Below, in pieces: positions 27,804-37,189 of a stretch of DNA of 54,416 nucleotides. The position numbers and the translations under genes were made by a program. The notes beneath the pieces are model-generated. The model was not told the origin of the DNA and did not search any database. It saw nothing but the letters and a program-made list of their open reading frames with translations. The DNA comes from a virus (lineage: Duplodnaviria; Caudoviricetes), in IMG/VR virus record IMGVR_UViG_3300025080_000036, positions 1-54,416 of that record; one strand, given 5' to 3'. Positions within the stretch are counted from its first letter, which is position 1; each line of letters starts with the position of its first letter.

Positions 27804-28502
27804 ATGCCAACAAAGAAACTAATAGGACAGGCATTCGGTCAATGGACGGTAATCGGCGATTCCAGTACCCGTAGTATTGACCGTAGGGTTAAGTGGATAT
27901 GCAAATGCCTCTGCGGCGAAACACAAACGATAACAACAAGAGGGCTGACAAGCGGTCGTTCTGTGTGCTGTCGGCGATGCGCCCAACGTGAATATAATCC
28001 TACAAGGACTCTGAAAGATGGGACTTTAGCGGTAATCTGTCCGGATAGCAGAGAGTTCATTATTGACCGCGATGCGTTACGATTCGTTAAACCATATCGC
28101 TGGCATATTGATTCGAGCAACCATATTACCAGTAACACCTGCGGAAAACGGGTGATGCTTTCTCGGCTCATTATGGGCTTGAATGAAGCAGACCCCATCC
28201 AAGTCGACCATATTTCCGGCAACCCTTTGGACAATCGCAGAGAAAATCTTCGATTGTGTACTCCGCTTGGGAATTCGAGAAACCGCCCAATACGGAGCGA
28301 CAATCTCACCGGCTACAAAGGCGTGACCTTCCGGGTAAGTGAAAACAAATATGTCGCTCGGATATCGCCACATCCGGGGGAACGAATACTCATCGGACGA
28401 TTTAATACACCGCAAGAAGCCGCAGCCGCCTATGACTGGGCGGCTGTTTTATATCACGACGAATTTGCCAGAACAAACGAGATGCTGGGGGTGATGGGGT
28501 GA
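27804..28502 (+). CDS. Free-standing HNH-AP2 homing endonuclease
   Basis: WICKCLCG; VDHISGNPLDNRRENLR; GYKGV...IGRFNTPQEAAAAYD (AP2). Confidence 0.85.
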   Translation: MPTKKLIGQAFGQWTVIGDSSTRSIDRRVKWICKCLCGETQTITTRGLTSGRSVCCRRCAQREYNPTRTLKDGTLAVICPDSREFIIDRDALRFVKPYRWHIDSSNHITSNTCGKRVMLSRLIMGLNEADPIQVDHISGNPLDNRRENLRLCTPLGNSRNRPIRSDNLTGYKGVTFRVSENKYVARISPHPGERILIGRFNTPQEAAAAYDWAAVLYHDEFARTNEMLGVMG

Positions 28503-29755
28503 AAATGACTGAAAGAATGGAATCGGTCGATATTGATAAACTTGTTGGCTACGCTCGTAATGCCCGGACTCACTCCAAAGAGCAAATACTACAGCTTCGC
28601 TCAAGTCTACGGGAGTTCGGTTTCGTTACCCCTTGCCTGATTGACAGCGATTACAACATCATCGCGGGTCACGGGCGGGTCTTGGCGGCGAAAGCCGAGG
28701 GCTTGACGGAAATCCCCTGTGTGTTCGTGGAACATTTGACCGAAGCCCAAAAACGGGCATATATCCTCGCCGACAACCGGCTCGCTCTTAGTGCGGGCTG
28801 GGACGAGGAACTACTCGCCTTGGAATTCGCCGACTTGAAAAACCTCGGCTTCGACCTCGAACTGACGGGCTTCGACGCTAAGGAAATAGAGAAGCTGTTT
28901 GCCGCTGACGGCAATGACGTGGAGGACGATGGGTTTGATCTCACAGCCGCCCTTGAACAGGCGGCTTTTGTTTTGCCCGGCGATTTGTGGACGCTCGGTC
29001 GGCACCGGCTTATCTGCGGCGACGCCACCGATGCCGATACGGTGAAGAGGCTGATGGATGGACGCAAGGCAAATCTCGTCCTCACCGACCCGCCGTACAA
29101 CGTCGGATTCGAGTCGGCAAGCGGGCTTAAAATCAAGAACGACAGCATGAAAGCCGAGCAGTTCTATAACTTCCTGCTCTCGTCTTTCCGCAACCTTGCC
29201 GAAAATCTCGTAGGCGGCGGCTCGGCGTATATCTTCCACGCCGACACCGAGGGCGAGAACTTCCGCAGGGCTTTCCGCAAAGCGGGATTCCACCTTTCGG
29301 GAACGTGTATCTGGGTCAAGGACAGTTTTGTCATGGGACGCTCACCATACCAGTGGCAGCACGAGCCTATCCTCTACGGCTGGCTGAAAACGGGGTCACA
29401 TAAATGGTATGCGGGGCGAGCCGAAGCCACTATATGGAACTTCGCCAAACCCAAGCGTAACGGTGACCACCCTACCAGTAAGCCCCTTGACCTGCTCGCT
29501 TACCCTATAAGGAACAGCAGTCAGGCGAACGGCATCGTACTGGACACCTTCGGCGGCAGCGGCTCGACGCTCATCGCCTGTGAGCAAGCCGACCGAATCT
29601 GTAATATGCTCGAACTGGACGTGAAATACGCATCGGTCATCCTGCGCCGCTATGCCGAATTCAAAGGCAACGGCGGCGAGGACATCACCTGCGAACGTGA
29701 CGGCAAGACCATCGCCTACGCCGACTTGGTGAAGGAGGTGGCTGACCGTGGATAG
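28499..29755 (+). CDS. ParB-like N-domain + N4/N6 DNA methyltransferase
   Basis: NARTHS, IIAGHGR; TDPPY, HPTSKP, LDTFGGSGST. Confidence 0.92.
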   Translation: MKMTERMESVDIDKLVGYARNARTHSKEQILQLRSSLREFGFVTPCLIDSDYNIIAGHGRVLAAKAEGLTEIPCVFVEHLTEAQKRAYILADNRLALSAGWDEELLALEFADLKNLGFDLELTGFDAKEIEKLFAADGNDVEDDGFDLTAALEQAAFVLPGDLWTLGRHRLICGDATDADTVKRLMDGRKANLVLTDPPYNVGFESASGLKIKNDSMKAEQFYNFLLSSFRNLAENLVGGGSAYIFHADTEGENFRRAFRKAGFHLSGTCIWVKDSFVMGRSPYQWQHEPILYGWLKTGSHKWYAGRAEATIWNFAKPKRNGDHPTSKPLDLLAYPIRNSSQANGIVLDTFGGSGSTLIACEQADRICNMLELDVKYASVILRRYAEFKGNGGEDITCERDGKTIAYADLVKEVADRG

Positions 29756-31718
29756 GAAAATGACGCTCGGCTCGCTCTTCGACGGCTCCGGCGGCTTTCC
29801 GCTCGGAGCTATTTTAACAGGCATCGAACCGCTCTGGGCTTCGGAAGTGGAGCCGTTTCCTATCAGGGTGACCACGAAGCGAATACCTGAAATGCGGCAT
29901 CTCGGCGACATCAACAAAATAGACGGCTCCCTCATCCCGCCTGTGGACATCATCACGGCGGGATTTTGCTGTCAGGATTTGTCCGTGGCGGGCAAACGCG
30001 CCGGGCTTCAAGGTGAGAGGTCGGGTTTGTTTTATCAGATACCGCGAATTATTAAAGAAATGCTCGCCGCTACCAGTAACGAATACCCGAAGTTCGCAGT
30101 TTTAGAGAACGTGCCGGGTATGTACAGTTCGGCCGGCGGTGTCGATTTTCAGGAGGTACTCAATGAACTCATCCAAATCAAAGATAAAGCCCTGTCTGTA
30201 CCTTTGCCTGAAAATGGCAAATGGTCAACATCGGGCGAGATTGTGGGAGACGGTTTCTCAGTCGGCTGGCGAACGCTTGACGCTCAATTTTGGGGAGTCG
30301 CCCAGAGACGCCGCCGTTGTTACATTGTCGTCGATTTTACAGGTGAACGTGCCGGGAAAATACTATTTGACGAATCGCGCCTGTCAGGGAATCCTCCGCA
30401 GAGCGGCTTCCCGTGGCAAACAACTGCCGAGGGTCTTGCGGCTGGCTCTGGAAGCCCAGTCAGTGTCCTGAACGACCAAGGCGGTAGCTTTATGGACGTT
30501 ACCGAAAATATAACGGGTACGCTTCGCTCACAGGAACACGGGCATCAACCCATCGTGTTCGAGCCGGGCGCGGCGTCGAGGGTCGGCGGTCATTGCTGGC
30601 AAGGCGAACCCACCGGCGCACTCCGTGCCGACATGGGCGACAATCAACTGGCGGTAGCGATAGAAAACCATCCCACCGATTCAAGAATAAAAATCGACGA
30701 AAGCGGAACGGTGCAAACCCTCACGGAACGCATGGGAACCGGCGGCGGCAATGTCCCGCTTGTGATGAACGAAAGGCAGTATGCCTTGACGGTTGGCGAG
30801 GATGTGGCAAACACCCTCACCAGTACGGATTATAAAGGAACACAGTGCGTCTTTGAACCCGCCGCTTTTATGGGTGGTCAAGGCTCGAAGGCTCGGAGCA
30901 TCGCCTATTCCGAGGAAACATCTCCGACGCTCCGCAGCGAAGCAGGCGGCAACTCCGTACCGATGACTGTATACGGCATCTGCTCACAGTCGTCTAACAG
31001 CATGAAATCGGCAAACCCAAACAGCGGGATATATGAAGCCGAAACCGCAAGAACGCTTGATACCTCCATCCCCGACCCAAACAAGAACGCCGGCGGCATG
31101 GCGATTGTAGCCGTTGAAGGCAACGGCTTGCGCCCCTCCCATCGCGGAGACGGCTACGGTGGTGAGGTCTCCTTCACGCTCAATTCCGTGGAGCGGCACT
31201 CAGTCTGCTACCAAGACAAGGTCGGCGCGCTCTGCGCTTCGGATTATAAGTTCCCCCAGCAACAACAGATTGAGGAAGGCAAAGCGGTCGTGGAGCGAGT
31301 TGCAGTCGAGAATTATCAGCACAGCGGCTACCGTGAAAGCGATACGGCGGGAACGCTCAAGCAGAGCGGCGGCACAAACGGTGGCGGCTCGGAAAGTGTA
31401 ATCATCGAAAACCGATATGTCGTCCGCAGGCTCACCCCGACCGAGTGCGCCTTGCTTCAAGGCTTCCCGCCCGATTGGTGTGCGGGGCTTGGAACAACCG
31501 AGCCAACCGATGAGGATATCGCTTTTTGGTCGGAGGTCTGGGAAGCCCACCGTCATATTATGGGTACATCTACGAAACCAAAGAGCCGTAACCAGATTTT
31601 GAAGTGGCTCAAGGATCCGCACTCTGATGCCGCCGAATACAAGATGTGGGGCAACGGTGTGGCTTTACCGTGCGTGGTATTCGTCCTCGGCGGGATTGTG
31701 TCATACACACAAGGGTAA
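29748..31718 (+). CDS. Phage C5 DNA methyltransferase with a long modular variable region
   Basis: SLFDGSGG, GFCCQDLS, ENVPG, AQRRRR, RRLTPTECALLQGFP, WGNGVALP. Confidence 0.9.
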   Translation: MDRKMTLGSLFDGSGGFPLGAILTGIEPLWASEVEPFPIRVTTKRIPEMRHLGDINKIDGSLIPPVDIITAGFCCQDLSVAGKRAGLQGERSGLFYQIPRIIKEMLAATSNEYPKFAVLENVPGMYSSAGGVDFQEVLNELIQIKDKALSVPLPENGKWSTSGEIVGDGFSVGWRTLDAQFWGVAQRRRRCYIVVDFTGERAGKILFDESRLSGNPPQSGFPWQTTAEGLAAGSGSPVSVLNDQGGSFMDVTENITGTLRSQEHGHQPIVFEPGAASRVGGHCWQGEPTGALRADMGDNQLAVAIENHPTDSRIKIDESGTVQTLTERMGTGGGNVPLVMNERQYALTVGEDVANTLTSTDYKGTQCVFEPAAFMGGQGSKARSIAYSEETSPTLRSEAGGNSVPMTVYGICSQSSNSMKSANPNSGIYEAETARTLDTSIPDPNKNAGGMAIVAVEGNGLRPSHRGDGYGGEVSFTLNSVERHSVCYQDKVGALCASDYKFPQQQQIEEGKAVVERVAVENYQHSGYRESDTAGTLKQSGGTNGGGSESVIIENRYVVRRLTPTECALLQGFPPDWCAGLGTTEPTDEDIAFWSEVWEAHRHIMGTSTKPKSRNQILKWLKDPHSDAAEYKMWGNGVALPCVVFVLGGIVSYTQG

Positions 31719-31765
31719 AGGGCTGTTTTTCCTTGATATTCGGTACATTTATTATCACATAGGCG

Positions 31766-31797
31766 CTTGCTGTTTAGGGCGTTTAGAGTGATATATG
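31766..31797 (+). promoter_or_regulatory. Second repeated promoter-like motif, copy A
   Basis: CTTGCT-N13-AGAGTGATATATG; the same blocks and spacing recur at 53541-53572. Confidence 0.6.
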
Positions 31798-31852
31798 TAA
31801 TGCGCGGGGGACAACAAAGCCCGCAAAATCAAGGAAAACGGAGGAAACGAAC

Positions 31853-32833
31853 ATGAAACTTTCTTACAACGTAACAGGCCCGGAGCGCAAATCACTGGTG
31901 GCGGCAATCAGCCAAGAACTGAATTCCCCGACTAAGTACCTCGGAGCCCCGACATTCGCCTACGAGGTCGGCAGCTGCCACATCGACAAGAACGGGACGG
32001 TCACGGGCGAGGACAACCGCGAGCTGGTTGCAGACCTTTGCGGATTGCACAGTTTCAAGGCAGTCAGTGAGGAGTACGACACGCCGACCGCCGCAACCAA
32101 CGAAGCCCCGACAGTCGGCGACTTGAACCTCACCGAACGCGAGGAACTGGGGCTTGGACAGGAACACCGCGACCGCGTCGGCGAAAACGGAATGCAAGCA
32201 AGCGAAGTTTTCGAAAGCTACACCTACCAAGCGGAACTCAGCGACCCCGACTGTCCCGACCGCATGGAGGTCTTCGGCGCGGAGAATGACGAGGATGCCC
32301 TTCGGCAGGCTTACGAGTTTTGCGAGGGCGAAGTGGTCTTGCTTGAACTCTTCGAACTGGACGAGGATTACAACACAATTCGCTCGGTGGAGATTACGCC
32401 TCGAACCGACCGCCTGACCATCGAAATTCCCCTTGACGGCTTCACGCCTGAGAAACTTGACAACCTCGCCAAACTGGTAAACGCCAAAGCCCCGCTTCTC
32501 AAGGCGGCACTCGGCACGGACGACCTTCCGATTAAGCAGACCGCAGATACGCTCCGGTTCCCTTGGTTTAGAGGAACGATTGACGCGGAACACACGGAAG
32601 CCTACGCCACGCTGATCAGCCTGCTCTGCAAGACAGCGATTGAAAAGAAGCGTGTCACGGCGAAGGGAAATAATGGCATTGACAATCCCAAATACGCCCT
32701 GCGGTGCTTCCTACTCTCCCTCGGCTTCATCGGAGACGAGTACAAAGCGTCTCGGAAGATACTGCTTTCAAGGCTTGAGGGCAACTCAAGCTGGAAAAAC
32801 GGCAAGAAAACGGAGGTGACGGACAGTGAGTAA
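31853..32833 (+). CDS. Conserved phage protein (often labelled virulence-related), function unknown
   Basis: ERKSLVAAIS...YLGAPTFAYEVG; NPKYALRCFLLSLGFIGDEYKASRKILL; GGAGG RBS. Confidence 0.75.
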   Translation: MKLSYNVTGPERKSLVAAISQELNSPTKYLGAPTFAYEVGSCHIDKNGTVTGEDNRELVADLCGLHSFKAVSEEYDTPTAATNEAPTVGDLNLTEREELGLGQEHRDRVGENGMQASEVFESYTYQAELSDPDCPDRMEVFGAENDEDALRQAYEFCEGEVVLLELFELDEDYNTIRSVEITPRTDRLTIEIPLDGFTPEKLDNLAKLVNAKAPLLKAALGTDDLPIKQTADTLRFPWFRGTIDAEHTEAYATLISLLCKTAIEKKRVTAKGNNGIDNPKYALRCFLLSLGFIGDEYKASRKILLSRLEGNSSWKNGKKTEVTDSE

Positions 32834-33239
32834 CTTCATTTCAAAGGTAGCTCTTGAAGCGCGGAGGGCAAGGTACAACAAAGGTACTCGGGTGGAACTG
32901 GTGGCGATGACCGACCCATACACCAATCTGAAGCCCGGTGATCTCGGCACGGTAGACTTCGTGGACGATACAGGCACGGTTTTCATTATCTGGGACAGCG
33001 GTTCGCACCTTGGCGTAGTTTTTGGTGAGGATGAAATCAGGTTGCTGTCCAAAGCAGAGGTCATAAAAGAGCAATGCCAAAAAGTGGCGGCAACAGGACG
33101 CACGAATATGTTCGACACGAAGATGGCATTCGATATTGCGATTAAACTGGGCTTCACCGAATTGGCGGATCTCATTTTCATGGATACCAAGCGGTATTCA
33201 ACTCTAATTTTGACGGGGGAACTGGACAATGTGGAGTGA
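32826..33239 (+). CDS. DUF4314-like + DUF5049-like fusion
   Basis: GTRVELVAMTDPY...GTVDFVDDTG...WDSGS; then IKEQ...TGRTNMFD...YSTLILTGE. Confidence 0.75.
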   Translation: MSNFISKVALEARRARYNKGTRVELVAMTDPYTNLKPGDLGTVDFVDDTGTVFIIWDSGSHLGVVFGEDEIRLLSKAEVIKEQCQKVAATGRTNMFDTKMAFDIAIKLGFTELADLIFMDTKRYSTLILTGELDNVE

Positions 33240-33463
33240 AGGCATTATCGCCTGCCCGACGACGGGCGGCAAATACAAGTACTGGGTCAAACATTTTGAA
33301 GAAGGCTCCCAGTTCGGTATAGACGGCGGTAAGGTCAGCAAACTGACCTTACCGCAAGGTCGGAGAAACCCGTGACCTCTGCACCTACGACAGGGGTTGG
33401 GATGTTGAACCCATTGACGAGGCAAAGGCGGTCTACGCTATTATCATGCAGAAGTACAACTAA
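33229..33463 (+). pseudogene. Small conserved phage gene with one frameshift
   Basis: MWSEG...YWVKHFEEGSQFGIDGGKVSKLTL, one extra base at about 33352, then RKVGETRDLCTYDRGWDVEP...KYN*. Confidence 0.7.
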
Positions 33464-33524
33464 CCACGGAAACAACCGAGGACAGCTACCCCATAAGGGG
33501 CTGTCTCTCGTACAGATAGATTTT

Positions 33525-33552
33525 GAGGACTTCTTCGGAGGTCTTTTATTTT
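33525..33552 (+). terminator. Intrinsic terminator before terL
   Basis: GAGGACTTC-TTCG-GAGGTCTTT followed by TATTTT (cUUCGg loop). Confidence 0.6.
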
Positions 33553-33571
33553 GTGCGGAAGGAGGATGGCG

Positions 33572-35179
33572 ATGCCCGAATTCAAATACAAACCCACGCC
33601 GCTGATGCTCGCGAGCAGCCGATACGACGAGCGGCGAGCGGACTACGCGGTGGGCTTTATATCCATGCTCAAGCACACCACAGGCGAGTGGTACGGAAAG
33701 CCGTTCCGGCTGATACCGTGGCAGGAGCAGATTATCAGGGATATTTTCGGCATCGTCGGAGAGGACGGTTATAGGCAGTTCCGCACGGCGTATGTCGAGG
33801 TCGGCAAGAAAAACGGCAAGTCCGAACTGGCTGCGGCAATCGCCCTCTACCTCCTGTTCGCCGACGGCGAAGCGGGCGCGGAGGTCTACTCCTGTGCTGC
33901 TGACATCAATCAAGCGAGCATCGTTTTCAATACCGCCAAGGCGATGGTCGAGCAATGCGGCGATTTAGCAAAGCTGTCAAAACTCGTGCCGTCCACCAAG
34001 CGGATTATTTTCCCGCACACCAACAGCTTCTACAGGGTATTGTCCTCGGAAACCAAATCCAAACAGGGCTTCAATGTGTCAGGACTTATATTCGATGAAC
34101 TCTTCGCCCAGCAGACCCGCGAGTTATTCGATACCATGACTAAGTACACTGGTGATGCCAGACGGCAGCCCCTCTACTTCCTCATCACCACGGCGGGCAG
34201 GGACAAAACGAGCATCTGCTATGAAATCCACCAAAAAGCAAAAGCGGTTCTGGCCGGCTCAAAAACAGACCCCAGTTTCTATCCCGCCGTATTCGGCATT
34301 GATGAGGACGACGATTGGAACGACGAATCCGTCTGGCGGCGGGTCAACCCCTCCATCGGCGTGACGATTCCATTTGAAACGGTGCAAGCCTCCTACGAAC
34401 AGGCGAAGCAGAATCCCGCCGAGGAGATGCACTTCCGACAATTTCGTCTCAACGAGTGGTGCAACGCCGATATCCGCTGGATGCCTATGGATAAATGGGA
34501 TGCCTGCGGCGAGGAAATTTACTTTGACGAATACGAGGGTCGGGATTGCTGTTGCGGTCTCGACCTTTCCAGTACGGGCGACCTTACGGCTCTGGTGCTG
34601 GTGTTCCCGCCGGTCGACGGCGATACCAAGTACACGGTGATGCCGTTCTACTGGCTGCCGGAGGATGTTATCGACTTACGGACGCGGCGCGACCACGTCC
34701 CTTACGCCGTATGGAAAAAGGCGGGCGTGTTCAACACCACCGAGGGCAATGTGGTGGACTACGACTACATCGTATCGTTCATCGCCAAGCTGTCCAAGCG
34801 TTTCAGGATTCGGGAAATTGCCTACGACCGCTATGGCGCAGAGAAGATACGCCGCGACCTTGAAGAACTGGGCGCGGAGCATGGATTCACGGTGTTCCCT
34901 TTTGGTCAGGGCTTCATTTCCATGTCCCCGACCTCAAAAGACTTTTACCAGTTCGTGATGGAAGGCAAAATCCGGCATGGCAAGCACCCCGTCCTTGACT
35001 GGAATATGGGTAATGTCATCGTCGACCAAGATGCGGCGGGCAACATCAAGCCCAATAAGAAGAAATCCACGGAGAAAATAGACGGTGCGGTTGCCCTGAT
35101 TATGGGGCTTGCGAGAGCGACTCTCGGTGGCGGTATCGACGGCAGCGTCTATGACGAAAGGGGGTTGTTGTTTATATGA
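33572..35179 (+). CDS. terL: Terminase large subunit
   Basis: LIPWQ, GKKNGKS, IFDEL, ITTAG, GLDLS, KIDG; start ATG 33572 after GGAGG. Confidence 0.95.
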   Translation: MPEFKYKPTPLMLASSRYDERRADYAVGFISMLKHTTGEWYGKPFRLIPWQEQIIRDIFGIVGEDGYRQFRTAYVEVGKKNGKSELAAAIALYLLFADGEAGAEVYSCAADINQASIVFNTAKAMVEQCGDLAKLSKLVPSTKRIIFPHTNSFYRVLSSETKSKQGFNVSGLIFDELFAQQTRELFDTMTKYTGDARRQPLYFLITTAGRDKTSICYEIHQKAKAVLAGSKTDPSFYPAVFGIDEDDDWNDESVWRRVNPSIGVTIPFETVQASYEQAKQNPAEEMHFRQFRLNEWCNADIRWMPMDKWDACGEEIYFDEYEGRDCCCGLDLSSTGDLTALVLVFPPVDGDTKYTVMPFYWLPEDVIDLRTRRDHVPYAVWKKAGVFNTTEGNVVDYDYIVSFIAKLSKRFRIREIAYDRYGAEKIRRDLEELGAEHGFTVFPFGQGFISMSPTSKDFYQFVMEGKIRHGKHPVLDWNMGNVIVDQDAAGNIKPNKKKSTEKIDGAVALIMGLARATLGGGIDGSVYDERGLLFI

Positions 35180-36399
35180 GCATATTTACAGGGCTTTTCC
35201 GCTCGCGAGATAAGCCCGCAAATAGGATTGGCGGCGGTTGGAGTTTCCTGTTCGGCGGTACGACCAGCGGCAAGGCGGTCAATGAGCGGACGGCGATGCA
35301 GACCTCGGCGGTCTACGCCTGCGTCCGCATCCTTGCCGAATCGGTGGCGGGGCTTCCTCTCCACGTTTACGAGCGTACAACTAACGGAAGTAAGTCCACA
35401 AAGCCGCGGCATCCCCTCTACCGACTGCTCCATGATGAGCCTAACCGGGAGATGACTTCGTTCGTGTTTCGAGAAACGCTTATGAGCCACCTACTCCTGT
35501 GGGGCAACGCCTATGCGCAGATTATCAGAGACGGCAGGGGTTTCCCCATCGCACTCTACCCACTACTGCCGGACAGGATGTCGGTCGACCGCAATAACAG
35601 CGGCGAACTGACTTACATCTACCAAAGCGACAAAGGTCAGGTCAAGCTGCAGCGTGAGAATCTCCTGCACATCCCCGGTTTAGGCTTCGACGGCTTAATC
35701 GGCTACTCACCGATAGCGATGGCCAAGAACTCCATCGGCATGGCGCTCGCCACCGAGGAATACGGCGCGGCCTTCTTCGCCAACGGAGCAAACCCCGGTG
35801 GCGTATTGGAACATCCCGGCGTGGTGAAAGACCGCGACAGGCTTCGTGAATCTTGGCAGTCGCAGTTTTCGGGAGCGAACGCCCACAAGATAGCTGTGCT
35901 GGAGGAAGGTCTCAAATTCCACCAGATGTCCATACCGCCCGAACAGGCGCAGTTCCTCGAAACACGGAAGTTCCAGATCAACGAAATAGCGAGGATATTC
36001 CGCGTGCCGCCACACATGGTCGGCGACCTCGAAAAGAGCAGCTTCTCCAACATCGAGCAGCAGTCCTTGGAGTTCGTCAAATACACCCTCGACCCGTGGG
36101 TGGTCAGATGGGAGCAGTCTTTACAGCAGGCTCTCATCTTGCCATCGGAAAAGGCGACGATCTTTATCAAGTTTAACCTCGACGGGCTGCTTCGCGGTGA
36201 CTACCAAAGCCGTATGCAAGGCTATTCGACAGGCATTCAAAACGGCTTTATGTCGGTAAACGACGTACGCGGCTTGGAGGACATGAACCTGCTGACCGCC
36301 GAGGAAGGCGGAGAACTACACTTTGTCAACGGCAACATGGTAAAGCTGGCCGACATCGGCGCGGCATACAAATCGAAAGAAACGGAGGACACAAGCTAA
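35176..36399 (+). CDS. HK97-family portal protein
   Basis: AVYACVRILAESVAGLP, LLLWGNAY, GLIGYSPI, IARIFRVPP. Confidence 0.95.
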   Translation: MSIFTGLFRSRDKPANRIGGGWSFLFGGTTSGKAVNERTAMQTSAVYACVRILAESVAGLPLHVYERTTNGSKSTKPRHPLYRLLHDEPNREMTSFVFRETLMSHLLLWGNAYAQIIRDGRGFPIALYPLLPDRMSVDRNNSGELTYIYQSDKGQVKLQRENLLHIPGLGFDGLIGYSPIAMAKNSIGMALATEEYGAAFFANGANPGGVLEHPGVVKDRDRLRESWQSQFSGANAHKIAVLEEGLKFHQMSIPPEQAQFLETRKFQINEIARIFRVPPHMVGDLEKSSFSNIEQQSLEFVKYTLDPWVVRWEQSLQQALILPSEKATIFIKFNLDGLLRGDYQSRMQGYSTGIQNGFMSVNDVRGLEDMNLLTAEEGGELHFVNGNMVKLADIGAAYKSKETEDTS

Positions 36400-37169
36400 T
36401 GAACAATCAGACGCGGGCGCAAAACCCGAAAAAAGCAGAACAATCAGAGCGCAAATCGCCCCCGGCGGCTCGCCGGTTCTGGAGCTGGGTGCGAGACGAA
36501 CCCACAGGCGAACGCACCCTCTACCTCGACGGGGTCATTTCCGAGGACACTTGGTGGGGCGACGAAATCACTCCGGCAATGTTCAAGTCGGAACTGTTCT
36601 CAGACAAGGGTGACATCACCATCTGGCTCAACTCACCCGGCGGCGACTGCATAGCGGCAAGCCAAATCTACTCCATGCTGATGGACTATCCGCACAACGT
36701 CACGGTCAAGATTGACGGCATCGCGGCTTCGGCGGCAAGTGTCGTGGCGATGGCGGGGACGAAAGTTCTCATGGCTCCCACCGCCCTGATGATGGTGCAT
36801 AACCCGCTGACAATCGCCATCGGCGACAGCGTGGAAATGCAGAAAACGATAGATATGCTCGCCGAAGTCAAGGAGAGCATCATCAACGCCTATCAAATCA
36901 AGACGAACCAGAGCCGCGTGAAAATCTCCCACTGGATGGACGCTGAAACGTGGATGAATGCGAACAAGGCAATGGAACTTGGCTTCGCAGACGGCGTACT
37001 GGAAGATGGCAAGCGCACAAAGCCTAGCGAAACCTATGCCTTTTCAAGGCGAGCGGTCACCAACTCCCTGCTTGACAAGGTCAAGCCCAAAGAACAACCG
37101 AAACCCGAACAGCCACAAGGCGTACCCGCCCAGTCACTCGAAAAGCGGCTCAATCTCATTCTACATTAA
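36399..37169 (+). CDS. ClpP-like head maturation protease
   Basis: NSPGGD, IAASAAS, MMVHNP, ETWMNA. Confidence 0.93.
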   Translation: MNNQTRAQNPKKAEQSERKSPPAARRFWSWVRDEPTGERTLYLDGVISEDTWWGDEITPAMFKSELFSDKGDITIWLNSPGGDCIAASQIYSMLMDYPHNVTVKIDGIAASAASVVAMAGTKVLMAPTALMMVHNPLTIAIGDSVEMQKTIDMLAEVKESIINAYQIKTNQSRVKISHWMDAETWMNANKAMELGFADGVLEDGKRTKPSETYAFSRRAVTNSLLDKVKPKEQPKPEQPQGVPAQSLEKRLNLILH

Positions 37170-37189
37170 AAAAACGGAGGTATCTGACA

